Shown here in pieces: positions 1 through 8,727 of a stretch of 64,000 bases of DNA. Under the pieces are notes generated by a model, which searched no databases, was not told the origin of the DNA, and saw only the letters and a list, made by a program, of their open reading frames with translations. A program made the translations under genes and the position numbers. The stretch's first letter is position 1. Every line of letters starts with the position of its first letter. Location of the stretch: the IMG/VR virus record IMGVR_UViG_3300009103_000001, positions 146,158 through 210,157 of that record; one strand, 5' to 3'.

Positions 1-561
1 AGAACCACCTAACCAACCAAATCTTATTAATTTATTTGATTTTTCTGGGTTTGGTGTGAATTGTTTTTCTTCTGGGTCTATTGTATTAGGGAATACTACT
101 ACGTTTTTATTTAAATTTTTAATTTCTTCAGCGAATATTTTAGTGGTAGTACTAACATAGTTAACTTTTTTTATGTTTTCTCTTATTTTTTGACTTAATT
201 TTTCTTTAATTATTATCTGATAAGCAGGATGTTCTTTACTTGGTTGCCAATAATCATCTAAATCCATTATAGTCAAAATACCTAGTTTATGTATTTTATT
301 CAATATCTCAAACATATCTTCTAGATATACTTGTTGATATGCACCGTTTTTTAATGATGGTAGTGTTCTGTGAAAATGTATAATATCAAAATTTTTCAAA
401 TACTTTTCATCCCAACTAAAAGTATCTGTACCGGCTGGCACAATTTCAACATAGAAATCATCATTATACAATTCTTGTAATTTCATATGGGGTTCAATTG
501 AACGAAATTTTGAAACCCCTGTTCTATCTGAAGGGAATACTAAAACATTTATTTTACTCAT
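1..561 (-). CDS. Glycosyltransferase (GT-B/GT4-like), runs off the left edge (3' end missing)
   Basis: Not in the ORF track. Manual translation from ATG at 561 is open to base 1: MSKINVLVFPSDRTGVSKFRSIEPH...IMDLDDYW...VSTTT...VFPNTID...RFGWLGGS. The DxDD, PNxID and GWxGG motifs are typical of phage GT-B glycosyltransferases. Confidence 0.65.
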   Translation of the reverse strand, partial: MSKINVLVFPSDRTGVSKFRSIEPHMKLQELYNDDFYVEIVPAGTDTFSWDEKYLKNFDIIHFHRTLPSLKNGAYQQVYLEDMFEILNKIHKLGILTIMDLDDYWQPSKEHPAYQIIIKEKLSQKIRENIKKVNYVSTTTKIFAEEIKNLNKNVVVFPNTIDPEEKQFTPNPEKSNKLIRFGWLGGS

Positions 562-622
562 AATTTTTAATTTGTATTAATATAATACATTATGAGTACT
601 TAGTAAATAAAAAATTATTTTA

Positions 623-676
623 TTACTTTTTTACTTTTCCTTTGTTTCCTTTACAACCACATCCTTTTTGTGCCAT
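623..676 (-). CDS. 17-aa basic CxC micro-peptide MAQKGCGCKGNKGKVKK
   Basis: Manual translation: ATG at 676, TAA at 623-625. A-rich leader; fills the gap between two co-oriented genes. Confidence 0.5.
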   Translation of the reverse strand: MAQKGCGCKGNKGKVKK

Positions 677-702
677 TTTAATATTTCTTTTTTAGAATTT
701 AG

Positions 703-1227
703 TTATTTTTTCTTTACCGTTTTAATCTTTCTTAATAAACTGATATTTTCTTGTATCATTTTTTTATCAAAATACTTCTCAACGATAGAAGGTAAAGCTT
801 TAGCAATTTCTTCTGCTATCATTTTTCTTAAAATATTTGGATTTATAGTAGCAGCGTCTTGCTTTAAATTTTTTGGTGTGTGTCTTTGTTCAGTCATAAA
901 ATCAAAACCCATTTCATCATCATAATTTGGGTTAATATCTTTAATATCAGATTCATTAAATTCATTGACCATTGATGGTTGTGGTATTGGGTTATCCATC
1001 ATAGCTTTTTGTATTTCTGGTGGTAATTTTGATTTTTTTATCTGTTCTTTATATTGTGGTGAATCAATACTTATTTTAGGTTTTTCCATAACTTGTGTCT
1101 CACCCATTTGTTCATATAACCCATTAGTTTTTGTATTAGTTGTTGTAGTTGGGTTAGTGTCGTATTTTGTAGCAGCTTTATCTATAGCTTTTGCTTTTTG
1201 TAGTATTGCTTTTAATTTTGGGTCCAT
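703..1227 (-). CDS. Hypothetical phage protein
   Basis: 174-aa ORF starting 1 nt after the stop of the upstream WYL gene; no family recognised. Confidence 0.8.
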   Translation of the reverse strand: MDPKLKAILQKAKAIDKAATKYDTNPTTTTNTKTNGLYEQMGETQVMEKPKISIDSPQYKEQIKKSKLPPEIQKAMMDNPIPQPSMVNEFNESDIKDINPNYDDEMGFDFMTEQRHTPKNLKQDAATINPNILRKMIAEEIAKALPSIVEKYFDKKMIQENISLLRKIKTVKKK

Positions 1228-1228
1228 T

Positions 1229-1612
1229 TTAGAACTTTGCTTGTTTATAAATTTGTGTCATACTCCCATCACCTCTATCATTATACTTAGGAACCCTAGG
1301 GTCTCTATCTGATATTGGTGAATAAAAGATTTTTGGGGTTTTAACCCAAGATGTTATTCTATCTGCTCTAAATGTTTTCCATCCAGGTTGGTCAGTATCA
1401 GTAACACCCTCAACTTGGTAGACCCTAATTATTGGATTGCCAGCTTTAGATATACCATAAACATAGGGTTCAATCCATCTCCAACCCTTTTCCATAGTAT
1501 TATCACCCTCATAGTAACATCTTATTGTTCTATGTTTTTCTATGGCGTCCTCAATTTCAGACCTACTTGCATTTTCTAATATAAGATTTTCAAGTAGATA
1601 GTAAAGTTTCAT
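1229..1612 (-). CDS. Stand-alone WYL-like domain protein (start revised to 1612)
   Basis: IRCYY...WRWIEPY...IRVYQ...GWKTFRADRI matches the WYL pattern. ATG at 1612 (MKLYYLLENLILE) lies 1 nt after the upstream stop, so it is preferred to the track start at 1711. Confidence 0.7.
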   Translation of the reverse strand: MKLYYLLENLILENASRSEIEDAIEKHRTIRCYYEGDNTMEKGWRWIEPYVYGISKAGNPIIRVYQVEGVTDTDQPGWKTFRADRITSWVKTPKIFYSPISDRDPRVPKYNDRGDGSMTQIYKQAKF

Positions 1613-1613
1613 T

Positions 1614-1979
1614 TTACCAATATTGTTCACCGAAATTATATGTATAATAGTTAAACCCTGGTTTGTATTTATTACCAGATGAGTAAAGTAATACATCTTT
1701 TCTTTGTTCATCTATAAGTGTTCCAACACCTTGACCAGGACCAACCTCACCCCTACCATGGTCATCACCATCGTGTTGAGCGTTTGGATGTTGTGAACTA
1801 TATCCTTGGTTTGGCACATTCTTATATTCATTAAACGAGGTTTGCTGTGCTCTTTGTACATTACCCTCAACTTTAAGTGATGGTAATTGATTTGTTACAG
1901 CTCCACCATTTGGGTTTAATTCTTGTACTGAAGCAGCGTCTGTTAATATTGGTGCTATAGAAGTTAAATGATGTGACAT
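1614..1979 (-). CDS. Hypothetical protein
   Basis: 121-aa ORF in a tightly packed operon; GTATTTAT motif about 53 nt upstream. Confidence 0.7.
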   Translation of the reverse strand: MSHHLTSIAPILTDAASVQELNPNGGAVTNQLPSLKVEGNVQRAQQTSFNEYKNVPNQGYSSQHPNAQHDGDDHGRGEVGPGQGVGTLIDEQRKDVLLYSSGNKYKPGFNYYTYNFGEQYW

Positions 1980-2455
1980 AATTTTTTATTTTTATTAATT
2001 ATTGTTATAAAGTCTTCCATGACTCTTATATTATAAATACCTTCTTGTCTTAAAATTTTTTTAACATCAGAATCATTATTGTTTATTTTAACATTATCTA
2101 TGTTAATTTCATCTTTTTGATATTGGTTGGGCATCCCAACATTCTTCATGCTACTTTTTTTAGAGTCAATATTATTTCTCATATTACTTAAACTCATATT
2201 TACCCAATCTTTCATTTTTGTTCCACCATTCAAAAGATATGGTGTATCACTTTTTTTACCAGAAAAGTTATCAAAAAAGTTTTTAATTCTTTTTAATTGT
2301 TCATATGATATATTTTTATTATCACACAAATTTTTTAATCTGTTATAACCTTCAACTGTTTTATCACCACAATAAGCATTAAAAATTTTACTTAAATGTT
2401 TATTAACATCCTTATCTATAGTTATTTCTATGCCAACTAATTCACTATTAGCCAT
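1964..2455 (-). CDS. Hypothetical protein
   Basis: 163-aa ORF, start overlaps the stop of the upstream gene. Confidence 0.75.
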   Translation of the reverse strand: MANSELVGIEITIDKDVNKHLSKIFNAYCGDKTVEGYNRLKNLCDNKNISYEQLKRIKNFFDNFSGKKSDTPYLLNGGTKMKDWVNMSLSNMRNNIDSKKSSMKNVGMPNQYQKDEINIDNVKINNNDSDVKKILRQEGIYNIRVMEDFITIINKNKKLCHII

Positions 2456-3036
2456 TATTTAAATTTTTTTTTAAGTTCTTCTTTATACTCTACTGGTATA
2501 TCTGACATATCCATATCTAATAAAAAATTTAATAATATAGCTTTTTCTTCTCCAGTTGCGTTATTTTTTTCTATTAATTCTTTTAGTGAAGAAACTTTTC
2601 TAATTAAAATGGGGTTGGTATCTCTAATAGCATCTATATTTTGTATACCATTTAATCTTAAATCTTTTACTTTGTCTATAAATTCCCTATCAAAATCTTT
2701 TTTTGTAAAAATATCTTCTATTAAAGAATTCATTTTTATTCTAGAATTTTCTTTAATTTTATTTTTAGATTTTTTAGATTTTTTAGGTTTTTTAGGTTTT
2801 TTAAATTCTTTTTCTGGTGTTTCTAAATCATCATTAGTATCATCGTTCTCACCATAATATACCCTATAACCTAAACCATATTCATTATCAGCATTTTTAG
2901 GTTGTCTAGACATTCTTATAAAATCATCTGTAGTTAATTTAGATGTGGTCATGTTATCTATTTGATTTATAGGCATGTCCCCACCAATTCTACTACCATC
3001 TTTATCTATTAATTCTGAAAGAAATAAAATACTCAT
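2455..3036 (-). CDS. Hypothetical protein
   Basis: 193-aa ORF; ATATTTAT motif 14 nt upstream on the coding strand. Confidence 0.75.
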   Translation of the reverse strand: MSILFLSELIDKDGSRIGGDMPINQIDNMTTSKLTTDDFIRMSRQPKNADNEYGLGYRVYYGENDDTNDDLETPEKEFKKPKKPKKSKKSKNKIKENSRIKMNSLIEDIFTKKDFDREFIDKVKDLRLNGIQNIDAIRDTNPILIRKVSSLKELIEKNNATGEEKAILLNFLLDMDMSDIPVEYKEELKKKFK

Positions 3037-3065
3037 AATTACTTTTATATATAAATATTAGGTAA

Positions 3066-5984
3066 TTATGATAATTTTACTTTATTTTCTACAATATTAG
3101 ATGTTTTATAAACTAAATTAGAATCTTTAGAGTCTATTGAATCTATTGGGCCATTAAACCTATCTTTAATCATATATGTTGGTAATATTCTTTTCTTCTC
3201 CCAAAATTTAAATTCCTCTGGACTTGGTGTCATCAATTCTTTTAAATCGTCTTGGTCTCCAATATTAGTTGGTATACCAGAAACTAATTCTAATTCTGTT
3301 CTTGTAAAATATTGTTTTTCTGATGGGTCTGTTAATAATAAAGATTCTCTGATATGTGTATTAAATACTACTAAAAGTGGTTCTACTTTTTTATTAAAAG
3401 CATCAATATATCTAGGTACATTGTAATCACCTTTCATTTCTGGATTTTTTTCTATATCATCAGCACTAATTAAATAAGAATTAAAGATTAATGTACCCTC
3501 TGGTGGGTCTTTTTTTGTTTTTCTAACTTGTATATCTCCATGTGATTTTCTTGTCCCATTATTAACATAATACACATTATCACCTAATTGTGGGTTAATT
3601 TTATTTTCTATTAACAACTCCATATGTGCTTGTCTAGGTAATGGTTGACCGTTTTTATTTAAACCACGATTTCTATATTGTTTTATTGTTTTTTTAACTT
3701 TAGAGTTATTAGCTATTTCAGCTAATGGTATGTCCATATTATAAATTCTTTCTAAGTAATTATTATAATAATCTACAAACTCTTTACCATTACCATTCAA
3801 TAACATTTTTATACCATTATTTAAAAATGTTTTAATATATTTTTGTATTGTTTTACCTTTTATTGTATTACCAGTTAATTTAATTTTACCGTTTGGTTTT
3901 AATGTTGCGTAATTTTTACGAGATAAGTTAATAGTTGCTGGCCAAACTTCATCTATATCTAACCCCATAACCCCATGCATAAACCTATCATTATATTCAG
4001 CAACATCTGCGTCAATACCATTATATTCTTTACCCTCTTCAACAAACCTATGATAACCACGACCAATATATTTATGGTCATTAACTTTTTTGTCATAAGA
4101 AAAATTAACACCATCAGTATCTAACACTAAAGGTTTATAATTTCTTTCCATAAAAAACCCAATCATATGTCTCAAATATTGTCTACCAGTACAAGTAATC
4201 ATTTCACCCGAATCAATGTCACCCCAAGGGAATATGTATGGAGCGGATATAGAACCAAAAGCAGAGTTATTAAATATTTTAATCGGTAGTTGTTTTTTAT
4301 CGAATTTACTACCTAATTTTTCATTACCTTCTTTATAATATTTTCCAGATAGAAATTTATATTCATTACGAGTATCTAAAAGATATTGTAACATAGCTTC
4401 TAAAGCCCCAGAAACATCAACATCAGGGAATACATTATGTGTTAATTGTATCGATGGATAAAGTGAAGCGTAATCAAATTTAGCTATATTAATACTATAC
4501 CCTAAATTTAACAACCTAGATAAACCACCAACAAAATCTCTTTTAGGTTGTACATCTGGTAACGCTAAATCATTCTCATATGACCAAGCCATCATAAGTG
4601 TTTTCCACATTGTAGCGGTACCCATAGTGATTGAACGATTAAAATTTGTTGGTACTAAAGCCGCGGTTAAAAACCCAGCTTGAGCATAGATGTCATCCAC
4701 TTGTTCAGTTTCTAAAAGGTCGTCATTTAGATATTCTTTTAATAAGAACCTACCATTTACGGTTTCCCACTTATCTTCATAACCTTCAACAACCTTTGCT
4801 AATGGTTTATCATCACCCAAACCATACCATTGACCTGAAGTTGGATTATAGTTAAATTCTTTATTTTCTTTCCAAATCTCACCTAATTTAGTACCATCTA
4901 TATAAACTCTATTAGGTCTTTCCAAACCAGCTTCTTGAGCGATATACTTTAACTTACCAAATTGTAAATTTGAATTTAAAGCCATAGCTTGTCTAACCCT
5001 ATGATATGTATCCATAACATTATGTCCCCACAATAGTGTTTGGTCATAATCTTCAATTTCTGCACCCAATTTTAAAGTAGACTTTTTTCTTGTCATTTTT
5101 ATCATTGGATGTTTTGTTTTAGCGATTTCATCTAAATTCATGCCCAATAACTGTACTCTACCTGGTATTAGTTTTTTCTCTATTTTAGGTCTTCTACGAC
5201 CAGTAGTAACCTTAGTTTCTTCATTTTTACCAATTAAATAAGTCCAGTCAAAGTTTTCTGAGTTATAACCAATAATAATTGTTGGTTCCAACTCGTGTAT
5301 AATTTGGAAAAAGTCTTTTATCATTTGTCTTTCACCTTCCTCACTATAGTTACCGTCACCATCGTAAGCTGTTAATAATTTTTTAAAACCACGATTATCT
5401 TTAACCCCAATCATAAATGCATGACCATCAGATGGGCTAAGGCTAGTTGTTTCAATATCAAATGTTAGTTTATGGACTTCAGTATAATCTTCATAACCTT
5501 TAAAAAGTCTTTTACCAGTTTGAATCATAAATTGTTCTACTGGTGGTAATATTTGCACTAGTCTTCTATCTCTATCCCAAGGATTTACACCACCTTTTTT
5601 AAAAAAGTTAACTAAATCACGATAAGTACCACTAGTTTTAACAATATATTTAAAACCGTCTTCTAATCTTTTATTATTACCTGTTTTTAGTTTTTGTGTG
5701 TATATTCCGTATTTTCTGGCTTCTCTTCTAATAACCTCTAAATCGTCATTATAAAAACCACTACCTCTAAGTGATTTAGTCCAGCAAAATGGTGTGAATT
5801 TTTGTATTTTTATTTTTTTACCCTTAACTGGGTCATCTATGATAATATAAACTTTATTGGTTTCATCTATTGACCAATCATTCGTTTGGTCCAATTCAAT
5901 TGAAACTATGTACTTTTCTTCATCATAACCTTCTAGGAATTTTTTTATATCTTCTGGTGTCGCCTTTTTTATTTCTTCATTCAT
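3066..5984 (-). CDS. Family B DNA polymerase with 3'-5' exonuclease domain
   Basis: Exo motifs FDIETT and GYNSENFD; polymerase motifs DYASLYPSI, KIFNNSAFG and LDTDG. Confidence 0.95.
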   Translation of the reverse strand: MNEEIKKATPEDIKKFLEGYDEEKYIVSIELDQTNDWSIDETNKVYIIIDDPVKGKKIKIQKFTPFCWTKSLRGSGFYNDDLEVIRREARKYGIYTQKLKTGNNKRLEDGFKYIVKTSGTYRDLVNFFKKGGVNPWDRDRRLVQILPPVEQFMIQTGKRLFKGYEDYTEVHKLTFDIETTSLSPSDGHAFMIGVKDNRGFKKLLTAYDGDGNYSEEGERQMIKDFFQIIHELEPTIIIGYNSENFDWTYLIGKNEETKVTTGRRRPKIEKKLIPGRVQLLGMNLDEIAKTKHPMIKMTRKKSTLKLGAEIEDYDQTLLWGHNVMDTYHRVRQAMALNSNLQFGKLKYIAQEAGLERPNRVYIDGTKLGEIWKENKEFNYNPTSGQWYGLGDDKPLAKVVEGYEDKWETVNGRFLLKEYLNDDLLETEQVDDIYAQAGFLTAALVPTNFNRSITMGTATMWKTLMMAWSYENDLALPDVQPKRDFVGGLSRLLNLGYSINIAKFDYASLYPSIQLTHNVFPDVDVSGALEAMLQYLLDTRNEYKFLSGKYYKEGNEKLGSKFDKKQLPIKIFNNSAFGSISAPYIFPWGDIDSGEMITCTGRQYLRHMIGFFMERNYKPLVLDTDGVNFSYDKKVNDHKYIGRGYHRFVEEGKEYNGIDADVAEYNDRFMHGVMGLDIDEVWPATINLSRKNYATLKPNGKIKLTGNTIKGKTIQKYIKTFLNNGIKMLLNGNGKEFVDYYNNYLERIYNMDIPLAEIANNSKVKKTIKQYRNRGLNKNGQPLPRQAHMELLIENKINPQLGDNVYYVNNGTRKSHGDIQVRKTKKDPPEGTLIFNSYLISADDIEKNPEMKGDYNVPRYIDAFNKKVEPLLVVFNTHIRESLLLTDPSEKQYFTRTELELVSGIPTNIGDQDDLKELMTPSPEEFKFWEKKRILPTYMIKDRFNGPIDSIDSKDSNLVYKTSNIVENKVKLS

Positions 5985-6073
5985 ATATTTAGATTTTTGG
6001 TACGGGTTAATCTTTAACCACTCGTTATTAGTTAATAATAAAAATAAAAAAATACAATCTAAATAGATTTAGA

Positions 6074-7498
6074 TTATTTCTTACTAGAGTCGATTTTTTC
6101 TTTTAGTTTCTTTACGAAGGTTTGAGCAAATGCTTTCAAAAATCTATTACCATCTTTACCAAAATACATTAAACCAGATATATTAGTAATACATTTATGT
6201 CCGCCACTATTTGCCTGTAACATATCCCAACCAGTTACAGATAATAATTTTAAAGCCTTTTTTTCATTATTACTTAATGAAGTATATGGTTTAGACATTA
6301 CTGTTTTTAGTGCTTTTTGCCATCTTTCTATTGTATAATCTTTTGGGGCCTTTTTAGGCATACTATTTAAACCTATTATGCCGTCATCAGTATCTTCAAA
6401 CATGGCAATCATATCAGTATAATTAAACCCAACAGATTCATCATCAAAAGATTTATGTTTTTCAGCAAAATATTTTATAGTATCTACAGTTATTTTTTTA
6501 CTTTTTAATCTAGATTTATACACATCTAAAACTTCTTGAGCTATTTCACCCAAATTGACACCCTTTAATTCTCTATTAGCTTTGAACGGATTACAAGAAG
6601 ATTGTAATAACCCTAAAGGCCAAGCAATAACTAAAAAATTAGCATCAGGATAATTTTTAAAAGGAACATATCTATCGTAAGAACCGGGTTTAAATAGATT
6701 ACCACCACCATATTGAGCTATAATACCGTAATCTTCTAGGTAAGTCACTTTATCACTGTCTTTTTGTGATTGGATATAATTAGCAATATTTTTTTTCATA
6801 ATATCAGGAGAAACATACCCTTCTTCTTTAGCTAATCTAACTATGTTTAAATAAATGTTTAATAGAGATGGTGTTGATTCTAAAACTAGTCTTTCTAAGA
6901 ATCTTGGTTTATTTTTATAGGCTAATAAAAGTTTATTTGTTACTAAGGCCATTATTTTTTTATTTTTAGATAATTCTTTTTCTTTATCTAATTCAAAAAT
7001 ATAAGTCATAACATCTTCTGGTTTAATACCCATTTTAACAAAATCAGCAGAATCAACTGTTGATATCATTTTAATATCAAAATCTGGAAATATATCTGTT
7101 GGTGAAACTATTTGTGAAATAGTTTCTACGTTAGACCTAGATTGTCTAAAAGATTTTGAAGCTTGTTTTTCAGCACCAACTTGTTTATCGTGATGGTCGG
7201 TATGGACTACAAACATTGGTTTACCGTGAGCAAAGTCAACTAACACAGGCATTATATCACCCTTAGCCGAGGGTTTTTTTATGGCAAACTCTTTATCACC
7301 ATATTGTATAACTTCCGCATCAACAACTTTAATACCATTATTTTCTAAATAATTTTTCATAGCTAAAGCTGTTGTAACACCATCTAAATCTTGGTGAAAG
7401 TATATTTTAGCTTTATCATATCTATTAGATAAATTACGCATATTACGTAAACCACTTTCACTTAATATACTACTTAACATGTTTTCTTTTAATATCAT
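6074..7498 (-). CDS. DHH/DHHA1-family phosphoesterase
   Basis: FHQDLDG, LVDF, TDHH, TVDSAD and C-terminal SGGH motifs. Confidence 0.75.
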   Translation of the reverse strand: MILKENMLSSILSESGLRNMRNLSNRYDKAKIYFHQDLDGVTTALAMKNYLENNGIKVVDAEVIQYGDKEFAIKKPSAKGDIMPVLVDFAHGKPMFVVHTDHHDKQVGAEKQASKSFRQSRSNVETISQIVSPTDIFPDFDIKMISTVDSADFVKMGIKPEDVMTYIFELDKEKELSKNKKIMALVTNKLLLAYKNKPRFLERLVLESTPSLLNIYLNIVRLAKEEGYVSPDIMKKNIANYIQSQKDSDKVTYLEDYGIIAQYGGGNLFKPGSYDRYVPFKNYPDANFLVIAWPLGLLQSSCNPFKANRELKGVNLGEIAQEVLDVYKSRLKSKKITVDTIKYFAEKHKSFDDESVGFNYTDMIAMFEDTDDGIIGLNSMPKKAPKDYTIERWQKALKTVMSKPYTSLSNNEKKALKLLSVTGWDMLQANSGGHKCITNISGLMYFGKDGNRFLKAFAQTFVKKLKEKIDSSKK

Positions 7499-7680
7499 TT
7501 ATTATAAATATTTCATTATATAGTAAATAAAAAATTACGTTAAAAAAATAACTGTATACGTTGGGAAAGTATAGGTAACTTTTATATTATTTTAATACTA
7601 TATATGTATAAAAAATTAACTATGGAAAATAATATAAATACACTAATTGTTGAATTGATAATCGATATAAATAATAAATC

Positions 7681-8100
7681 ATGAGAAAACTAAAATTAAT
7701 TATATTACTATTATTAATACCATTTTTTAGTATTAAAACACAAAATGTAACAAAGTATAGAGTTGTTGCCGTAAGTTTTAATAAAAACGTTATTAGTGTC
7801 TCAAATACAATATCTGTAGTAAAACCATTGAGATTATACGCTCCAAATGTTTTTTCACCCGATGGTGATGGGATAAATGACCATTTTGAGGTTAAAGGTG
7901 TTGGTATAGAAGAGTTTGATTTAGAAATTTATAATAGATGGGGACAATTAGTGTATAAATCTGACACACTTTTAGCTTGGAATGGTGAATATAGAAACAG
8001 ACCAGTACCAATGGGTACTTATGTTTATCAAGTAAGGGCTAGAAATTATGATGGTTCTGATATAATAGTTAAAGATGGTACTGTAACATTAGTACGTTAA
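7681..8100 (+). CDS. Signal peptide plus gliding-motility/T9SS type-B C-terminal sorting domain
   Basis: N-terminal MRKLKLIILLLLIPFF, then PNVFSPDGDGINDHF...IYNRWGQLVY...WNG...GTYVY, the type-B CTD consensus. Confidence 0.85.
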   Translation: MRKLKLIILLLLIPFFSIKTQNVTKYRVVAVSFNKNVISVSNTISVVKPLRLYAPNVFSPDGDGINDHFEVKGVGIEEFDLEIYNRWGQLVYKSDTLLAWNGEYRNRPVPMGTYVYQVRARNYDGSDIIVKDGTVTLVR

Positions 8101-8300
8101 CAATCTTCAGATAATTCAATTAATTTATCTAAATATTCTTTAGCTTTATATAAATCTTGTTTTCCATTTTTATGTTTCCATCTAGTAACATATTTAACAA
8201 TATTACCCTCAAAAAAATCAAGATTATGTGAGTAGGCATAATCCCACATTTCAATACCAACATTATAATGATTTGGGTGTTTTACTTTTTCTTTTGACAT
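8097..8300 (-). CDS. DUF3310 / SaV-like small phage protein
   Basis: VKHPNHY...FFEGNIVKYVTRWKHKNG..DL.KA..YL pattern. Confidence 0.8.
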   Translation of the reverse strand: MSKEKVKHPNHYNVGIEMWDYAYSHNLDFFEGNIVKYVTRWKHKNGKQDLYKAKEYLDKLIELSEDC

Positions 8301-8338
8301 ATTTTTAAAAATAACTTTTTTATTATTAATAAATTTAA

Positions 8339-8346
8339 TATATTTG
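8339..8346 (+). promoter_or_regulatory. Bacteroidota-type -7 element TATATTTG upstream of the receiver-like gene
   Basis: Exact TAnnTTTG 22 nt before the ATG; no clear TTTG at -33. Confidence 0.45.
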
Positions 8347-8368
8347 TGAATAATAAATAAAATAAATA

Positions 8369-8722
8369 ATGAAAAAATTATTATGGTTAGACGATGTTAG
8401 GGACCCATTTGTGATGTCACAATGGTTATTACAATGGGCGCCAGAATATTACTACGAAAAGGATGAAGGAACCCATGAAGTTATTTGGGTTAAACATTAT
8501 GATGGATTTGTAGATTGGATACAAGAAAATGGTTTACCAACTGAAATTGGATTTGACCATGACCTTGGTAGAACATTAAGTGGTATGGATTGTGCTAAGT
8601 GGTTGGTCGACTATTGTATCCACCATAATAAAGAAATACCACAATTTTTCGTACAAAGTGCAAACCCTGTTGGTAAACAAAATATAATAACATTACTTAA
8701 TAACGCTAAAAAACATATATAA
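8369..8722 (+). CDS. Cyclic-phosphate-processing receiver-like domain protein
   Basis: LWLDD.RDP, FDHDLG, GMDCAKWL and SANPVG motifs. Confidence 0.7.
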   Translation: MKKLLWLDDVRDPFVMSQWLLQWAPEYYYEKDEGTHEVIWVKHYDGFVDWIQENGLPTEIGFDHDLGRTLSGMDCAKWLVDYCIHHNKEIPQFFVQSANPVGKQNIITLLNNAKKHI

Positions 8723-8727
8723 AAATA

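Noticed and set aside
1613-1711. Track start of the WYL ORF at 1711, and likewise 40384 for the PcfJ-like ORF
   Set aside because: These extensions overlap upstream genes extensively. Downstream ATGs at 1612 and 40462 give tight coupling and start with the leader motif.
3066-5984. Intron or intein in the DNA polymerase
   Set aside because: The ORF is continuous with normally spaced motifs, and no Hint or endonuclease signature was seen.
7622-7684. 20-aa upstream ORF (MENNINTLIVELIIDINNKS) overlapping the T9SS-CTD start by ATGA
   Set aside because: Featureless and easily arises by chance in AT-rich DNA; no further support.
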